This document shows positions 55,404-64,000 of a stretch of 64,000 nucleotides of DNA, piece after piece. Where the stretch lies: positions 21,718-85,717 of the forward strand of contig CAZZGZ010000004.1 in the NCBI GenBank assembly GCA_964653635.1, written 5' to 3'. Numbering within the stretch: position 1 is the stretch's first letter; each line of letters starts with the position of its first letter. The notes under the pieces were generated by a model, which did no database searches, was not told the DNA's origin, and saw nothing but the letters and a program-made list of their open reading frames with translations. The position numbers and the translations under genes are program-made. Source of the stretch: an uncultured Lachnospiraceae bacterium. GTDB lineage: Bacteria; Bacillota; Clostridia; Christensenellales; UBA1242.

Positions 55404-55913
55404 TTACACAAGCTCTACTAAGGCCATTAATGAAGCATCTCCACGCCTCTGCTCAAGTTTAATAATGCGAGTATATCCACCAGCTGAACCTAATTCCTTC
55501 GCCCTTTGAGCATATTTAGGTGCATAAACATTAAAAATCTTTTCAATTAACGGATGGTTGATGTCTGCTATGCGTGCTTTAAATGCGTCAACAGATTCTT
55601 TTTCCTTCCTTTGCTCTTGTAGGTCATAAAGATAACTCATTATTTCTCTTCTTGCTGCGAGCTTTTTAGTTCCATCATTGACTACTTCAACCTTAGATTT
55701 TTTACCATCTTTGCCCTTTACTTCCTTTTCAACTTTAATTGTGTCTTCGTAGGTATTTATGGCAAGTGTAATGATTTTTTCAGCTATTCTTGCTACAGAC
55801 TTAGCCTTAGCAAAAGTTGTCTCTATCTTTCCATACCAAAGAAATGATGAAACTTGCCCCCTTAACAATGCCTTACGTTCTTTCGATGGTCTTGATAATT
55901 TATCGTTAGCCAT
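55404..55913 (-). CDS. rplQ: 50S ribosomal protein L17 (with internal insertion)
   Basis: N-terminus LSRPSKERKALLRGQV...IETTFAKAKSVARIAEKIITLA and C-terminus GGYTRIIKLEQRRGDASLMALVELV. It is 169 aa where about 115-130 aa is usual. Confidence 0.9.
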   Translation of the reverse strand: MANDKLSRPSKERKALLRGQVSSFLWYGKIETTFAKAKSVARIAEKIITLAINTYEDTIKVEKEVKGKDGKKSKVEVVNDGTKKLAARREIMSYLYDLQEQRKEKESVDAFKARIADINHPLIEKIFNVYAPKYAQRAKELGSAGGYTRIIKLEQRRGDASLMALVELV

Positions 55914-55935
55914 TTGTTTCTCCTTTTATATCTTA

Positions 55936-56889
55936 TTAGTCTTCATCTTTACGTAAAGATAAGCCTAAACTTGCGAGTTTTTCAATTACTTCATCAATAG
56001 ATTTAAGCCCTAAATTTCTTACTTTAAGCATGTCATCTCTTGATTTTTTAACTAGGTCATCAATCGTGTTTACACCAGCACGTTTTAGACAGTTGTATGA
56101 TCTAACAGAAAGATCCATTTCTTCAATAGGGAGTTCGAGTATTTTTACTTGTTTATCCTCTTCTTTAGAAACTAAGATTTCCATACCAGACATTTCTGAA
56201 CAAAGCTCTACAAACAAATTAACATGCTCATTTATTATCTTGCCTGCCAAACTGATAATATCTCTCGCTGAAGTTGTGCCATTAGTCTCTACTTCTAAAG
56301 TAAGTTTATCAAAATCAACGCTTTGTCCAACACGTGTACTTTCAATATTAAAACTTACCTTTTTAACAGGAGAAAAGATACTATCTATTGCAATATAGTC
56401 AGCATTATCAAACTTTAATTTGTTTTCAGAGTTAGAAACATAACCCCTACCATTTCCAACCATTAAATCCATATCAAGAACTGCATCCTCATCCATTGTG
56501 CAAATATGAAGATCTGGATTTAAAATTTCGATTTGATCGTTTGTTTCGATATCTCTAGCTGTAACTTCACCAGCTCCTGTTTTCTTAACATGAAGATAGG
56601 TTACAAATCCTCTATCTTTATTTTGAGAACGAAGAGCTAAACATTTTAAGTTTAAAATTATGTCAACAACATCCTCAGTAACTCCTCGGATACTAGAAAA
56701 TTCGTGTGCGACACCTGCAATTCTTACTGCAATAATGGCCGTTCCTGGCAAAGCTGAAAGGAGCGTCCTCCTCATACAATTTCCAAGTGTTATACCATAA
56801 CCTTTTTCAAGTGGTTCCACAATAAATCTAGCAAAACTTCCATTTTCTGTTTCTTCACAAGTAATTTTAGGTCTTTCCATTTCCATCAT
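55936..56889 (-). CDS. rpoA: DNA-directed RNA polymerase subunit alpha
   Basis: 317 aa with GYGITLGNCMRRTLLS in the N-terminal domain and LSVRSYNCLKRAGVNTIDDL in the C-terminal domain. Confidence 0.95.
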   Translation of the reverse strand: MMEMERPKITCEETENGSFARFIVEPLEKGYGITLGNCMRRTLLSALPGTAIIAVRIAGVAHEFSSIRGVTEDVVDIILNLKCLALRSQNKDRGFVTYLHVKKTGAGEVTARDIETNDQIEILNPDLHICTMDEDAVLDMDLMVGNGRGYVSNSENKLKFDNADYIAIDSIFSPVKKVSFNIESTRVGQSVDFDKLTLEVETNGTTSARDIISLAGKIINEHVNLFVELCSEMSGMEILVSKEEDKQVKILELPIEEMDLSVRSYNCLKRAGVNTIDDLVKKSRDDMLKVRNLGLKSIDEVIEKLASLGLSLRKDED

Positions 56890-56907
56890 AGTGATTTTAC
56901 CTCCCTA

Positions 56908-57528
56908 CTATCTCGAATACAACTCGACAATTAGTTGCTCTTTGATATCCGCATCGACATCTTCTCTCTTTGGATTAGAAACAACTTTACCTGTAAGAGT
57001 GTTAGAATCAAATTCTAACCAACTAGGTACGACAATTTTCATCCCTTTAAGTTCTTTAAAGCAGTCAAGATCTTGTTTATTTTCTTTAATTGTAATAACA
57101 TCTCCGACTTTAACTTGATAAGATGCAATATTTACTCTTTTACCATTAACAACAATGTGACCATGATTTACTATTTGTCGACTTTGTGCACGACTTGCAC
57201 CTATTCCAAGACGATAAACTACATTATCCAACCTTCTTTCTATCAAGGACAGTATGTTTTCGCCAGTAACACCTTTCATAGACACTGCATCATCGTAGTA
57301 ACCTCTAAATTGTTTCTCTAAAATGCCGTACATTCTTTTTACTTTCTGCTTTTCACGAAGTTGTAGACCATACTCGGTAACTCTCTTTCTTGAAGTACCA
57401 TGTTGACCAGGAATAACGGGTCTTCTTTCTATAGCACACTTTTTTGATGTACATCTTTCGCCTTTAAGGTATAATTTTCTACCTTCACGTCTACATTGAC
57501 GGCAATCTGGTTCAATAGTTCTTGCCAT
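56908..57528 (-). CDS. rpsD: 30S ribosomal protein S4
   Basis: 206 aa with a Cys-containing N-terminus, RLDNVVYRLG and an S4 RNA-binding domain. Confidence 0.95.
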   Translation of the reverse strand: MARTIEPDCRQCRREGRKLYLKGERCTSKKCAIERRPVIPGQHGTSRKRVTEYGLQLREKQKVKRMYGILEKQFRGYYDDAVSMKGVTGENILSLIERRLDNVVYRLGIGASRAQSRQIVNHGHIVVNGKRVNIASYQVKVGDVITIKENKQDLDCFKELKGMKIVVPSWLEFDSNTLTGKVVSNPKREDVDADIKEQLIVELYSR

Positions 57529-57543
57529 TATCTTCTCCTTTTA

Positions 57544-57933
57544 TTATACTCTTCTAATTTTAGGTGGTCTACAACCGTTATGTGCGATTGGAGATACATC
57601 TTTAATTAATGTGACATCAAGGCCGACTGTAGCAAGTGCTCTAATTGCTGCCTCTCTGCCGTTGCCTGGACCTTTAACATAGACTTCAACACTTCTAAGT
57701 CCCATATCATAAGCAACTTTTCCTGCCGTCTCGACACATGTTTGTGCTGCAAATGGTGTTGATTTTTTAGACCCTTTAAAACCATGACGGCCAGCACTAC
57801 TCCAAGATATGGTATTACCTTCCATATCTGAAAAAACAATGTGTGAGTTATTGAAAGTAGTAGTGATGTGGCATTGTCCCTTATCACTAACCTTTTTCTT
57901 AGCTAATTTTGATCCTTTTTTAACATTTGCCAT
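57544..57933 (-). CDS. rpsK: 30S ribosomal protein S11
   Basis: 129 aa with [24 protein letters not shown] and [12 protein letters not shown]. Confidence 0.95.
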   Translation of the reverse strand: MANVKKGSKLAKKKVSDKGQCHITTTFNNSHIVFSDMEGNTISWSSAGRHGFKGSKKSTPFAAQTCVETAGKVAYDMGLRSVEVYVKGPGNGREAAIRALATVGLDVTLIKDVSPIAHNGCRPPKIRRV

Positions 57934-57943
57934 GTTTTACTCC

Positions 57944-58321
57944 TTATGCACCTTTCTTAGCGCTTCCTGAAACGATTTTCTTAGCGCCTCTTCTTGTTCT
58001 TGCGTTGTTTCTTGTGTTTTGACCACGAACAGGTAATCCTTTTCTATGTCTTACTCCACGATTACAACCTATTTCACCAAGTTTTTTGATATTTAATGCA
58101 ACTTTGTTACGAAGATCCCCTTCAACTGTAACATTATGCTCTATATAGTTACGAAGTTTTGCAACTTCATCATCGGTAAGATCCTTAACACGAGTGTCAA
58201 GACTCATACCTGTTGCCTTACAAATTTCTCTTGAAGTTTTTACTCCAATCCCATAAATGTAAGTAAGACCATATTCCAATCGTTTATCGTTTGGAAGGTC
58301 AACACCAGCAATTCTTGCCAT
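57944..58321 (-). CDS. rpsM: 30S ribosomal protein S13
   Basis: 125 aa with [14 protein letters not shown] and [14 protein letters not shown]. Confidence 0.95.
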   Translation of the reverse strand: MARIAGVDLPNDKRLEYGLTYIYGIGVKTSREICKATGMSLDTRVKDLTDDEVAKLRNYIEHNVTVEGDLRNKVALNIKKLGEIGCNRGVRHRKGLPVRGQNTRNNARTRRGAKKIVSGSAKKGA

Positions 58322-58345
58322 ATAAATTATCCTCCAATTTCCCTT

Positions 58346-58459
58346 TTAACCTTGTACCTGTTTGTGTTTTTTATTTTCGCAAATGCACATAACTTTGCCA
58401 TTACGCTTGATTATTTTGCACTTATCACAAATAGGTTTAACAGATGCTCTAACTTTCAT
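58346..58459 (-). CDS. rpmJ: 50S ribosomal protein L36
   Basis: Own translation gives [37 protein letters not shown] (37 aa). It is too short for the ORF track. Confidence 0.9.
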   Translation of the reverse strand: MKVRASVKPICDKCKIIKRNGKVMCICENKKHKQVQG

Positions 58460-58473
58460 TATTTGCTCCTTTT

Positions 58474-58695
58474 TTAACCTTTTTCTCGCCAAGTAATTCT
58501 CCCCTTTGATAAATCATAAGGGCTCATCTCAATTTTTACCTTATCTCCCTCAAGAATTCTAATGAAATTTTGGCGAAGTTTTCCTGAGATATAGGCTGTT
58601 ATGATATGTCCATTTGATAGCGTAACTTTGAATGTCATGCTAGGTAGCACTTCGGTTACTACACCTTCAAACTCCATTACATCGTCTTTTGACAT
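58474..58695 (-). CDS. infA: translation initiation factor IF-1
   Basis: 73 aa: [24 protein letters not shown]...[17 protein letters not shown]. Confidence 0.95.
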   Translation of the reverse strand: MSKDDVMEFEGVVTEVLPSMTFKVTLSNGHIITAYISGKLRQNFIRILEGDKVKIEMSPYDLSKGRITWREKG

Positions 58696-58946
58696 ATTCT
58701 CTCCTTTTCAGTCTTCAAAAATTTTCGAATTTCTGCATTTATTTTTTCATCAGAAACGCTTAAATCTCCTTGAAAACTAAATTTGCTCGCTTTTTGTATG
58801 TGCTTGCAATTTTTCTTTTTTGGTTTATCTTTTTTCACTCGCTTTCCATCGGCTATGTAGAAATAACCACCTTCTTCCTTTACTATGATGAAAAGTTGAT
58901 TTTTCTCTTTGCCTTTTAGAACTATTACAACATCACGAATTTGCAT
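58677..58946 (-). CDS. small KOW-domain protein
   Basis: [22 protein letters not shown] has a KOW-like pattern. The ATG at 58946 lies 9 nt after a GGAG SD. It is squeezed between map and infA and overlaps both. Confidence 0.55.
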   Translation of the reverse strand: MQIRDVVIVLKGKEKNQLFIIVKEEGGYFYIADGKRVKKDKPKKKNCKHIQKASKFSFQGDLSVSDEKINAEIRKFLKTEKERICQKTM

Positions 58947-59694
58947 TTGTCTCATCTCCGTTTGTAATGATTATCGCACCGAGTGGCGTAACTATGACAG
59001 TATTTTCATAATGGGCTGATGGTTTATGATCACGAGTGACAACTCCCCAACCATCCTTTAAAAGTGTAATGTGTCTTTTCCCCATTGTTATCATAGGTTC
59101 AACAGCAATTACAAGTCCGTCTTGGACTATTGGACCACTATCTTCTCTTCCATAGTTCAGCACTGATGGGTTTTCGTGCATTTCTTTTCCTATGCCATGA
59201 CCACATAATTCTCGAACCACCCCATAACCATTACTTTCAGCATGTACTTGTATGGCATGCGAAAGTCTGCCAAGTGGTTGTCCAACATGTAGATTCTTAA
59301 TCCCTTCATAAAAGCACTCTCTTGTAATATTTATAAGCCGTTGCTTTTCTGAAGAAATTTTGCCCACTGGAAAAGTGCGAGCTGCGTCAGCGAGATAACC
59401 TTTGTAGGCGACAACCAAATCCACGCTGACAATATCGCCTTCTTGCAGAATAACATTTTTAGAAGGAATACCATGTACGACCACTTCATTTACAGATATA
59501 CATGTTGCACATGGGAACCCTTCATATCCTTTACAAGAAGGAACTCCACCATTCTTTATTATAAACATTTCCAAATTTTTGTCAAGGTCATATGTGGAAA
59601 TTCCCGGCTTTACTAAAGTTCTTGCATATGCCAAAGTTTTTCCAAGTATATCGCCTGCTTTTTTTATCAAGACAATTTCAGACGGATTTAACAA
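58933..59694 (-). CDS. map: type I methionine aminopeptidase
   Basis: 253 aa with the metal-ligand context VVHGIP, DIVSVDL, DAARTF, CGHGIG and VIAVEPM. It has an apparent TTG start immediately after the adk stop. Confidence 0.9.
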   Translation of the reverse strand: MLNPSEIVLIKKAGDILGKTLAYARTLVKPGISTYDLDKNLEMFIIKNGGVPSCKGYEGFPCATCISVNEVVVHGIPSKNVILQEGDIVSVDLVVAYKGYLADAARTFPVGKISSEKQRLINITRECFYEGIKNLHVGQPLGRLSHAIQVHAESNGYGVVRELCGHGIGKEMHENPSVLNYGREDSGPIVQDGLVIAVEPMITMGKRHITLLKDGWGVVTRDHKPSAHYENTVIVTPLGAIIITNGDETNANS

Positions 59695-59695
59695 A

Positions 59696-60319
59696 CTATG
59701 CCTCCAAATTTTTTAAATGTTTTTTTACAGGCTTGTAAGTATCCGCAGGAGTACCCCCACCTGATACTGTAATAAGCCTATCAGCGTAGAAGTCTATGAG
59801 TGGTGCTGATTGTTTCTCATAAACTTCTAGACGATACCTAACAGTTTCCAACTTATCGTCATCACGTTGGTAAAGTGGCGAACCACATTTAGAACATGTG
59901 GTCTGTTTATAAGTGGAAGTATTGTAAATTTCGCCACATCCTTTACATATTCTTCTTCCACTAATGCGACTTTCAAGAATTTTGAAAGGAACATCCAAAA
60001 GTATTACGCTATCTATCTTTGCAATTTTATCAAGAGATTTAGCTTGTTCAATCGTACGAGGAAAGCCATCAAATATAACACCATTTTTGCAATCATCCTT
60101 ATTTAATCTGTCAAGGAGCATGGATATTACCACATCATCCGGGACAAGATCCCCCATGTCCATATAACACTTTGCTAGTTTGCCTATTTCTGTCCCAATG
60201 TTTATATTTTCTCTCAATAGGTCACCGGTCGATATCTGTGTTAATCCAAAATCTGCAACAATTTGTTTTGCTAGTGTCCCCTTTCCACTGAATGGAGCAC
60301 CGAGTAGAATTATATTCAT
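59696..60319 (-). CDS. adk: adenylate kinase
   Basis: 207 aa with the P-loop GAPFSGKGT and a zinc lid (CKGCGEIYN...CSKCGSPL). Confidence 0.95.
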   Translation of the reverse strand: MNIILLGAPFSGKGTLAKQIVADFGLTQISTGDLLRENINIGTEIGKLAKCYMDMGDLVPDDVVISMLLDRLNKDDCKNGVIFDGFPRTIEQAKSLDKIAKIDSVILLDVPFKILESRISGRRICKGCGEIYNTSTYKQTTCSKCGSPLYQRDDDKLETVRYRLEVYEKQSAPLIDFYADRLITVSGGGTPADTYKPVKKHLKNLEA

Positions 60320-60331
60320 CTATACTCCTTG

Positions 60332-61630
60332 TTAATCCAAAAATCCCTTATAATTTCTCATAAGCATCTGCGCTTCAATTTGTTTATTTGTTTCCAATGC
60401 TACTGAGACTATAATCATAAGCCCTGTCGCACTAAATGCGTTGATAAGACTATAAGTTGTTGTATCAAATGTATCCACAAGTTTAAATGCAATAGATGGT
60501 AAAAGTGCTATAATCGCAAGAAAGAATGCTCCAAAAAGGGTTACTCTTCTAGAAATCTTTTTCAAGTACTCCGCAGTTGGTTTTCCAGCACGAATCCCTG
60601 GAATAAATCCACCTTGTTGCTGTATTCTTCTACTGACATCATCTGGATTGAACATAATTTGTGCGTAAAAAAATGAAAAAGCAAATATAAGTACAGCTAA
60701 AAGCACAATGTATAGCCACGAATCAGTTCCTAACCATGTTTGCCACCACGTCATGTCCACATTAAAGATACTCATAATCATTTGTGGAAGTGTTAAGAGT
60801 GCACTTGCGAAAATAATTGGCATTACACCAGTACCTATAATCTTAATAGGAATATACGTGCTTTGTCCACCATACATTTTCCTACCCTTTATCTGTTTTG
60901 CATATTGTATAGGTATTCTTCTTTCAGCACTATCGGCAAAGACGATTAATCCGAAAATCAAAATTAACGCAACTATGAAAATAATTATTGTCCAAAGGTA
61001 TTCAATATTTGTCCCTACTTGTCTAAACGCATTTGCAAGTCCTGAGGATGCAGAAGATAGGATACCAACGAAAATGAGTAAACTCATACCATTTCCAACA
61101 CCTTTTTCTGTTATCTTTTCACCAATCCACACGGTAAACATTGCCCCTGCTGTCAAGATTAATACTACACCACAACCTATCAACCAAATCGGCAATCCAA
61201 GAGCCGTGTCATCTAGTTGTGAACTATAAGTAATAACAACTCCAATCGCTTGAGCTACAGCCAACACAAGAGCGGTTATTCTCGTATATAAATTTATTTT
61301 CCTCTTACCATCCTCACCAGACTGAGATATACGCTCTAAGGCAGGGATAGCCACAGATAACAACTGAATAACAATAGAAGCAGTAATGTAAGGCGAAACA
61401 CCTAATGCTAAAATTGATCCATTTGATAAAGCGTTGCCACTCATAAGGTTCATAAGCGAAAAGAAACTATAAGAATTACTTTCCACTTCTGCACGTATTG
61501 TCTCTCCTAAATTAATTCCAGGACATACAACTGCACATCCAATTCTATACACTAGAAGTAGAAGCAGAGTAATTAGGATTTTCTTACGTAAGTCTTTTAC
61601 CTTAAAGGCATTTACTAAGGTTTTAAACAT
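60332..61630 (-). CDS. secY: preprotein translocase subunit SecY
   Basis: 432 aa polytopic membrane protein with GVSPYITASI and GFIPGIRAGKPT. Confidence 0.95.
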   Translation of the reverse strand: MFKTLVNAFKVKDLRKKILITLLLLLVYRIGCAVVCPGINLGETIRAEVESNSYSFFSLMNLMSGNALSNGSILALGVSPYITASIVIQLLSVAIPALERISQSGEDGKRKINLYTRITALVLAVAQAIGVVITYSSQLDDTALGLPIWLIGCGVVLILTAGAMFTVWIGEKITEKGVGNGMSLLIFVGILSSASSGLANAFRQVGTNIEYLWTIIIFIVALILIFGLIVFADSAERRIPIQYAKQIKGRKMYGGQSTYIPIKIIGTGVMPIIFASALLTLPQMIMSIFNVDMTWWQTWLGTDSWLYIVLLAVLIFAFSFFYAQIMFNPDDVSRRIQQQGGFIPGIRAGKPTAEYLKKISRRVTLFGAFFLAIIALLPSIAFKLVDTFDTTTYSLINAFSATGLMIIVSVALETNKQIEAQMLMRNYKGFLD

Positions 61631-61633
61631 TTA

Positions 61634-62083
61634 CTACTCTCCTAATATGATTTTTCCACCTGCTTTTTCAATTTTTGCTTTCGCAGATTCAGAAATTTTT
61701 GCACAATGAACAACTAAAGGCTTAGTTATTTCTCCGCCACCTAAAACTTTCAACCCATAAGGTTTCATCTTACCTACAACACGATTAATATATAACAATT
61801 CTTCAGTAATTTCTGTATTAGCATCGAATATTTCAAGGTCGGAAACATTGACTATTGAATAATTTTTCTTAAAGTCATAATTTTTAAATCCTCTAATTGG
61901 CACCTTTCTAATTAGTGGAATATTACCCCCTTCAAATCCAGGACGAACTCCACCACCACTTCTTGCATTTTGACCTTTGTGACCTTTACCGCTTGTTTTC
62001 CCTAGTCCACTTCCAATACCACGTCCTACTCTTTTTGATTTAGTAGTCGCACCAACAACTGGTTTTAAATTTTCAATTTGCAT
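61634..62083 (-). CDS. rplO: 50S ribosomal protein L15
   Basis: 149 aa with GRGIGSGLGKTSGKGHKGQNARSGG. Confidence 0.95.
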   Translation of the reverse strand: MQIENLKPVVGATTKSKRVGRGIGSGLGKTSGKGHKGQNARSGGGVRPGFEGGNIPLIRKVPIRGFKNYDFKKNYSIVNVSDLEIFDANTEITEELLYINRVVGKMKPYGLKVLGGGEITKPLVVHCAKISESAKAKIEKAGGKIILGE

Positions 62084-62091
62084 AAGTCCTC

Positions 62092-62280
62092 CTAAACCTC
62101 TTCAACTTTAACAAGATGTTTTACATGATATAAACTTCCACGAATACTTGCATTATCAGGAAGAACTCTTGTTTGATTAAGTTTTGTTAAGCCAAGGGCT
62201 TCTAAAATTTTTGCCTGTTTTTTTTCATAACCGATAGCACTTCGTACATAGGTTACTTTTATTTGTTTTGTTTTAGCCAT
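62092..62280 (-). CDS. rpmD: 50S ribosomal protein L30
   Basis: 62 aa: IKVTYVRSAIGYEKKQAKILEALGL. Confidence 0.92.
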   Translation of the reverse strand: MAKTKQIKVTYVRSAIGYEKKQAKILEALGLTKLNQTRVLPDNASIRGSLYHVKHLVKVEEV

Positions 62281-62297
62281 TTTTATGCTCCTTAACT

Positions 62298-62855
62298 TTA
62301 AATTTCTTCAACATTCTTGCCACGACGAAGTGCGATTTCTTCACAAGTTTTTAATGCAAGAAGTCCATTCATTGTCGCTTTAACAACGTTAATACGATTT
62401 GAAGATCCGTGAATTTTTGTTACTATATCTTTTACACCACAAAGTTCAAATATTGTACGAGCTGCACCACCCGCAATTACCCCAGTACCTTCTGGTGCAG
62501 GAATCATAAGAATGGATGTTGCACCATATTTTCCGATTATTTCGTGAGGAATAGTATTCCCTGTCAAAGCCACTTTTTTTAATTCACGCTTAGCCACGTT
62601 TGTTGCCTTTTCAATAGCTTGTGTAGGTTCGTTTGCTTTTCCTAATGCTATGCCTATTTGTCCTTTTCCGTCACCAACAGCCACAAGAGCAGCAAAACGC
62701 ATTTTCCTTCCACCTTTTACTGTTTTTGACACACGATTAACGTTGATAAGTTTCTTATCGAGCCCGCTGTTATCAACTTTGTCTTTTCTAGGTCTATTAG
62801 AACGGTCACCCTTTTGGAATTTACCTTTTTTCACTTCTTCTTTATTTTCTGCCAT
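62298..62855 (-). CDS. rpsE: 30S ribosomal protein S5
   Basis: 185 aa with VNRVSKTVKGGRKMRFAALVAVGD, plus a roughly 20-aa basic N-terminal extension. Confidence 0.95.
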   Translation of the reverse strand: MAENKEEVKKGKFQKGDRSNRPRKDKVDNSGLDKKLINVNRVSKTVKGGRKMRFAALVAVGDGKGQIGIALGKANEPTQAIEKATNVAKRELKKVALTGNTIPHEIIGKYGATSILMIPAPEGTGVIAGGAARTIFELCGVKDIVTKIHGSSNRINVVKATMNGLLALKTCEEIALRRGKNVEEI

Positions 62856-62863
62856 AACTCCTC

Positions 62864-63232
62864 CTAAAATTTGAGACCTGTTTCTCTTGCACCATCGGCT
62901 AAGGCTTGTACTCTACCTGTGTAAAGATAACCACCTCTGTCAAACACAATTTCACTGATTTTCTTTTTTATAGCTCTTTTAGCTATTTCTTCACCAACAA
63001 TTTTAGCTTGCTGAGTTTTTGTCATCCCTTCACAAAGTTTTGCAACATCTTTTTCTAGAGTAGAACAAGAAACAATAGTAGTTCCACTTTCGTCATCAAT
63101 AATTTGAGCAGAGATGTTTTTTAAACTTCTGTAAACACATAATCTTGGGCATTTTTTTGTACCTGAAATTTTGGTTCTAACTCTTTTATGACGAACTATT
63201 CTATCTGCATTTTTATCAATTAATGTTATCAT
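62864..63232 (-). CDS. rplR: 50S ribosomal protein L18
   Basis: 122 aa with [26 protein letters not shown] and [21 protein letters not shown]. Confidence 0.95.
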   Translation of the reverse strand: MITLIDKNADRIVRHKRVRTKISGTKKCPRLCVYRSLKNISAQIIDDESGTTIVSCSTLEKDVAKLCEGMTKTQQAKIVGEEIAKRAIKKKISEIVFDRGGYLYTGRVQALADGARETGLKF

Positions 63233-63243
63233 GTTTACTCCTA

Positions 63244-63786
63244 TTATTTCTTACCCTTTGCAGCAGTTTTTCCGACTTTTCTTACGACTCTTTGTCCTTT
63301 GTATCTTATGCCATATCCATGATATGGTTCAACCGGTCTTTTTGCTTTTATGTTTGCACAAAATTGACCTACTTTATCCTTTTCTATACCACTTACTACT
63401 ATCTCTGTAATTGATGGACAAGTAACTTTAATTCCATCTGGAATTTCCATTTCAATATTGTGAGAATATCCAAGACTTAAAATTAATTTATTACCTGATA
63501 CCTGTGCCTTATAACCAACGCCTGAAAGTGCAAGTTCTTTTGAAACGCTCTTTGTCAAACCTTCAACGTGATTGGCTATATTTGCTCTTAATGTACCTTG
63601 AAATTTATTTGCTTCTTGATTTTCACAAGTAAAGCAAATCTCATTATCTTTTATTTCAACATTAACACCAGCAGGAATCTTTTCACTAAGCGACTTCCCA
63701 TTATGCGATACTGTGATATATCCATTTTCAACCTTGGCACTTGTATTATTTTCGAGCTTTATTGGTTTATTACCTATTCTAGACAT
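63244..63786 (-). CDS. rplF: 50S ribosomal protein L6
   Basis: [11 protein letters not shown] is the start, at the ATG at 63786 after a GGAGGA SD. The ORF-track start at 63828 overlaps rpsH. Confidence 0.95.
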   Translation of the reverse strand: MSRIGNKPIKLENNTSAKVENGYITVSHNGKSLSEKIPAGVNVEIKDNEICFTCENQEANKFQGTLRANIANHVEGLTKSVSKELALSGVGYKAQVSGNKLILSLGYSHNIEMEIPDGIKVTCPSITEIVVSGIEKDKVGQFCANIKAKRPVEPYHGYGIRYKGQRVVRKVGKTAAKGKK

Positions 63787-63796
63787 ATTTTCCTCC

Positions 63797-64000
63797 TTAC
63801 CATACGTAAGCGAGAACTTCGCCACCAACGTTTAATTTTCTAGCCTCTTTGTCTGTCATAACACCTTTATTTGTAGATATTATAGCAATACCAAGACCAC
63901 TTATTACCTTTGGAAGTTTATCTCTTTGAGCATAAACTCTAAGTCCAGGTTTAGAAATTCTTCTAAGTCCTTGAATAACGCTTTCGCCTCTTTCGTCATA
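63797..64000 (-). CDS. rpsH: 30S ribosomal protein S8 (5' end outside the window)
   Basis: Own translation gives ...[53 protein letters not shown], in frame to the window edge. Confidence 0.9.
   Translation of the reverse strand, partial: YDERGESVIQGLRRISKPGLRVYAQRDKLPKVISGLGIAIISTNKGVMTDKEARKLNVGGEVLAYVW

Noticed and set aside
57606-57887. 93-aa alternate-frame ORF on the minus strand inside rpsK.
   Set aside because: It is embedded in the highly conserved S11 coding sequence in another frame, with no SD and no recognisable features.

Overview
Visibly AT-rich, gene-dense chromosomal segment. Gene content points to an endospore-forming low-GC Firmicute (Clostridia-like) with streamlined operons. 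No taxon can be assigned without a database search. About 60 protein genes are present, almost all on the minus strand, plus a six-tRNA cluster on the plus strand.

Reading the minus strand from high to low coordinates:
- The 3' part of the spc operon and the alpha operon: rpsH (partial), rplF, rplR, rpsE, rpmD, rplO, secY, adk, map, a KOW protein, infA, rpmJ, rpsM, rpsK, rpsD, rpoA, rplQ.
- murB (plus strand).
- An SDR plus serine-palmitoyltransferase-like pair.
- A PHP phosphoesterase, whiA, dnaE and pfkA.
- tRNA Gly-Arg-His-Gln-Gln-Lys (plus strand).
- Three small unknown proteins.
- uvrB and uvrA, then yycJ and htrA.
- A tandem-duplicated ThyX-like gene.
- fba (plus strand), a lipoprotein, hflX, and a DUF1858 redox protein (plus strand).
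- A PRC-barrel protein.
- A VirB3/PrgI-VirB4 fusion ATPase, followed 13 nt later by a 10.3-kb gene for a 3,438-aa lipoprotein.
- rpoB and rpoC.
- A collagen-like BclA-type gene (plus strand).
- rpoZ, priA, def, fmt, rlmN, rsgA, rpe.
- veg (plus strand).
- A SipL-like DUF3794/LysM protein, spoIIR, and sleB (partial).

No CRISPR array, rRNA, transposase, integrase or prophage gene was recognised.

Most interesting observations:
- The orphan conjugation-type ATPase plus giant lipoprotein module sits in a purely housekeeping context.
- The fused ThyX has complementary half-motifs in its two halves.
- The sphingoid/capnoid-type alpha-oxoamine synthase plus SDR operon occurs in a spore-former.
- The Cys-rich collagen-like exosporium-type protein contains an 18-bp tandem repeat.
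- A terminator-like hairpin lies inside the rpoB leader.

All calls come from reading motifs by eye. No searches or computations were run.
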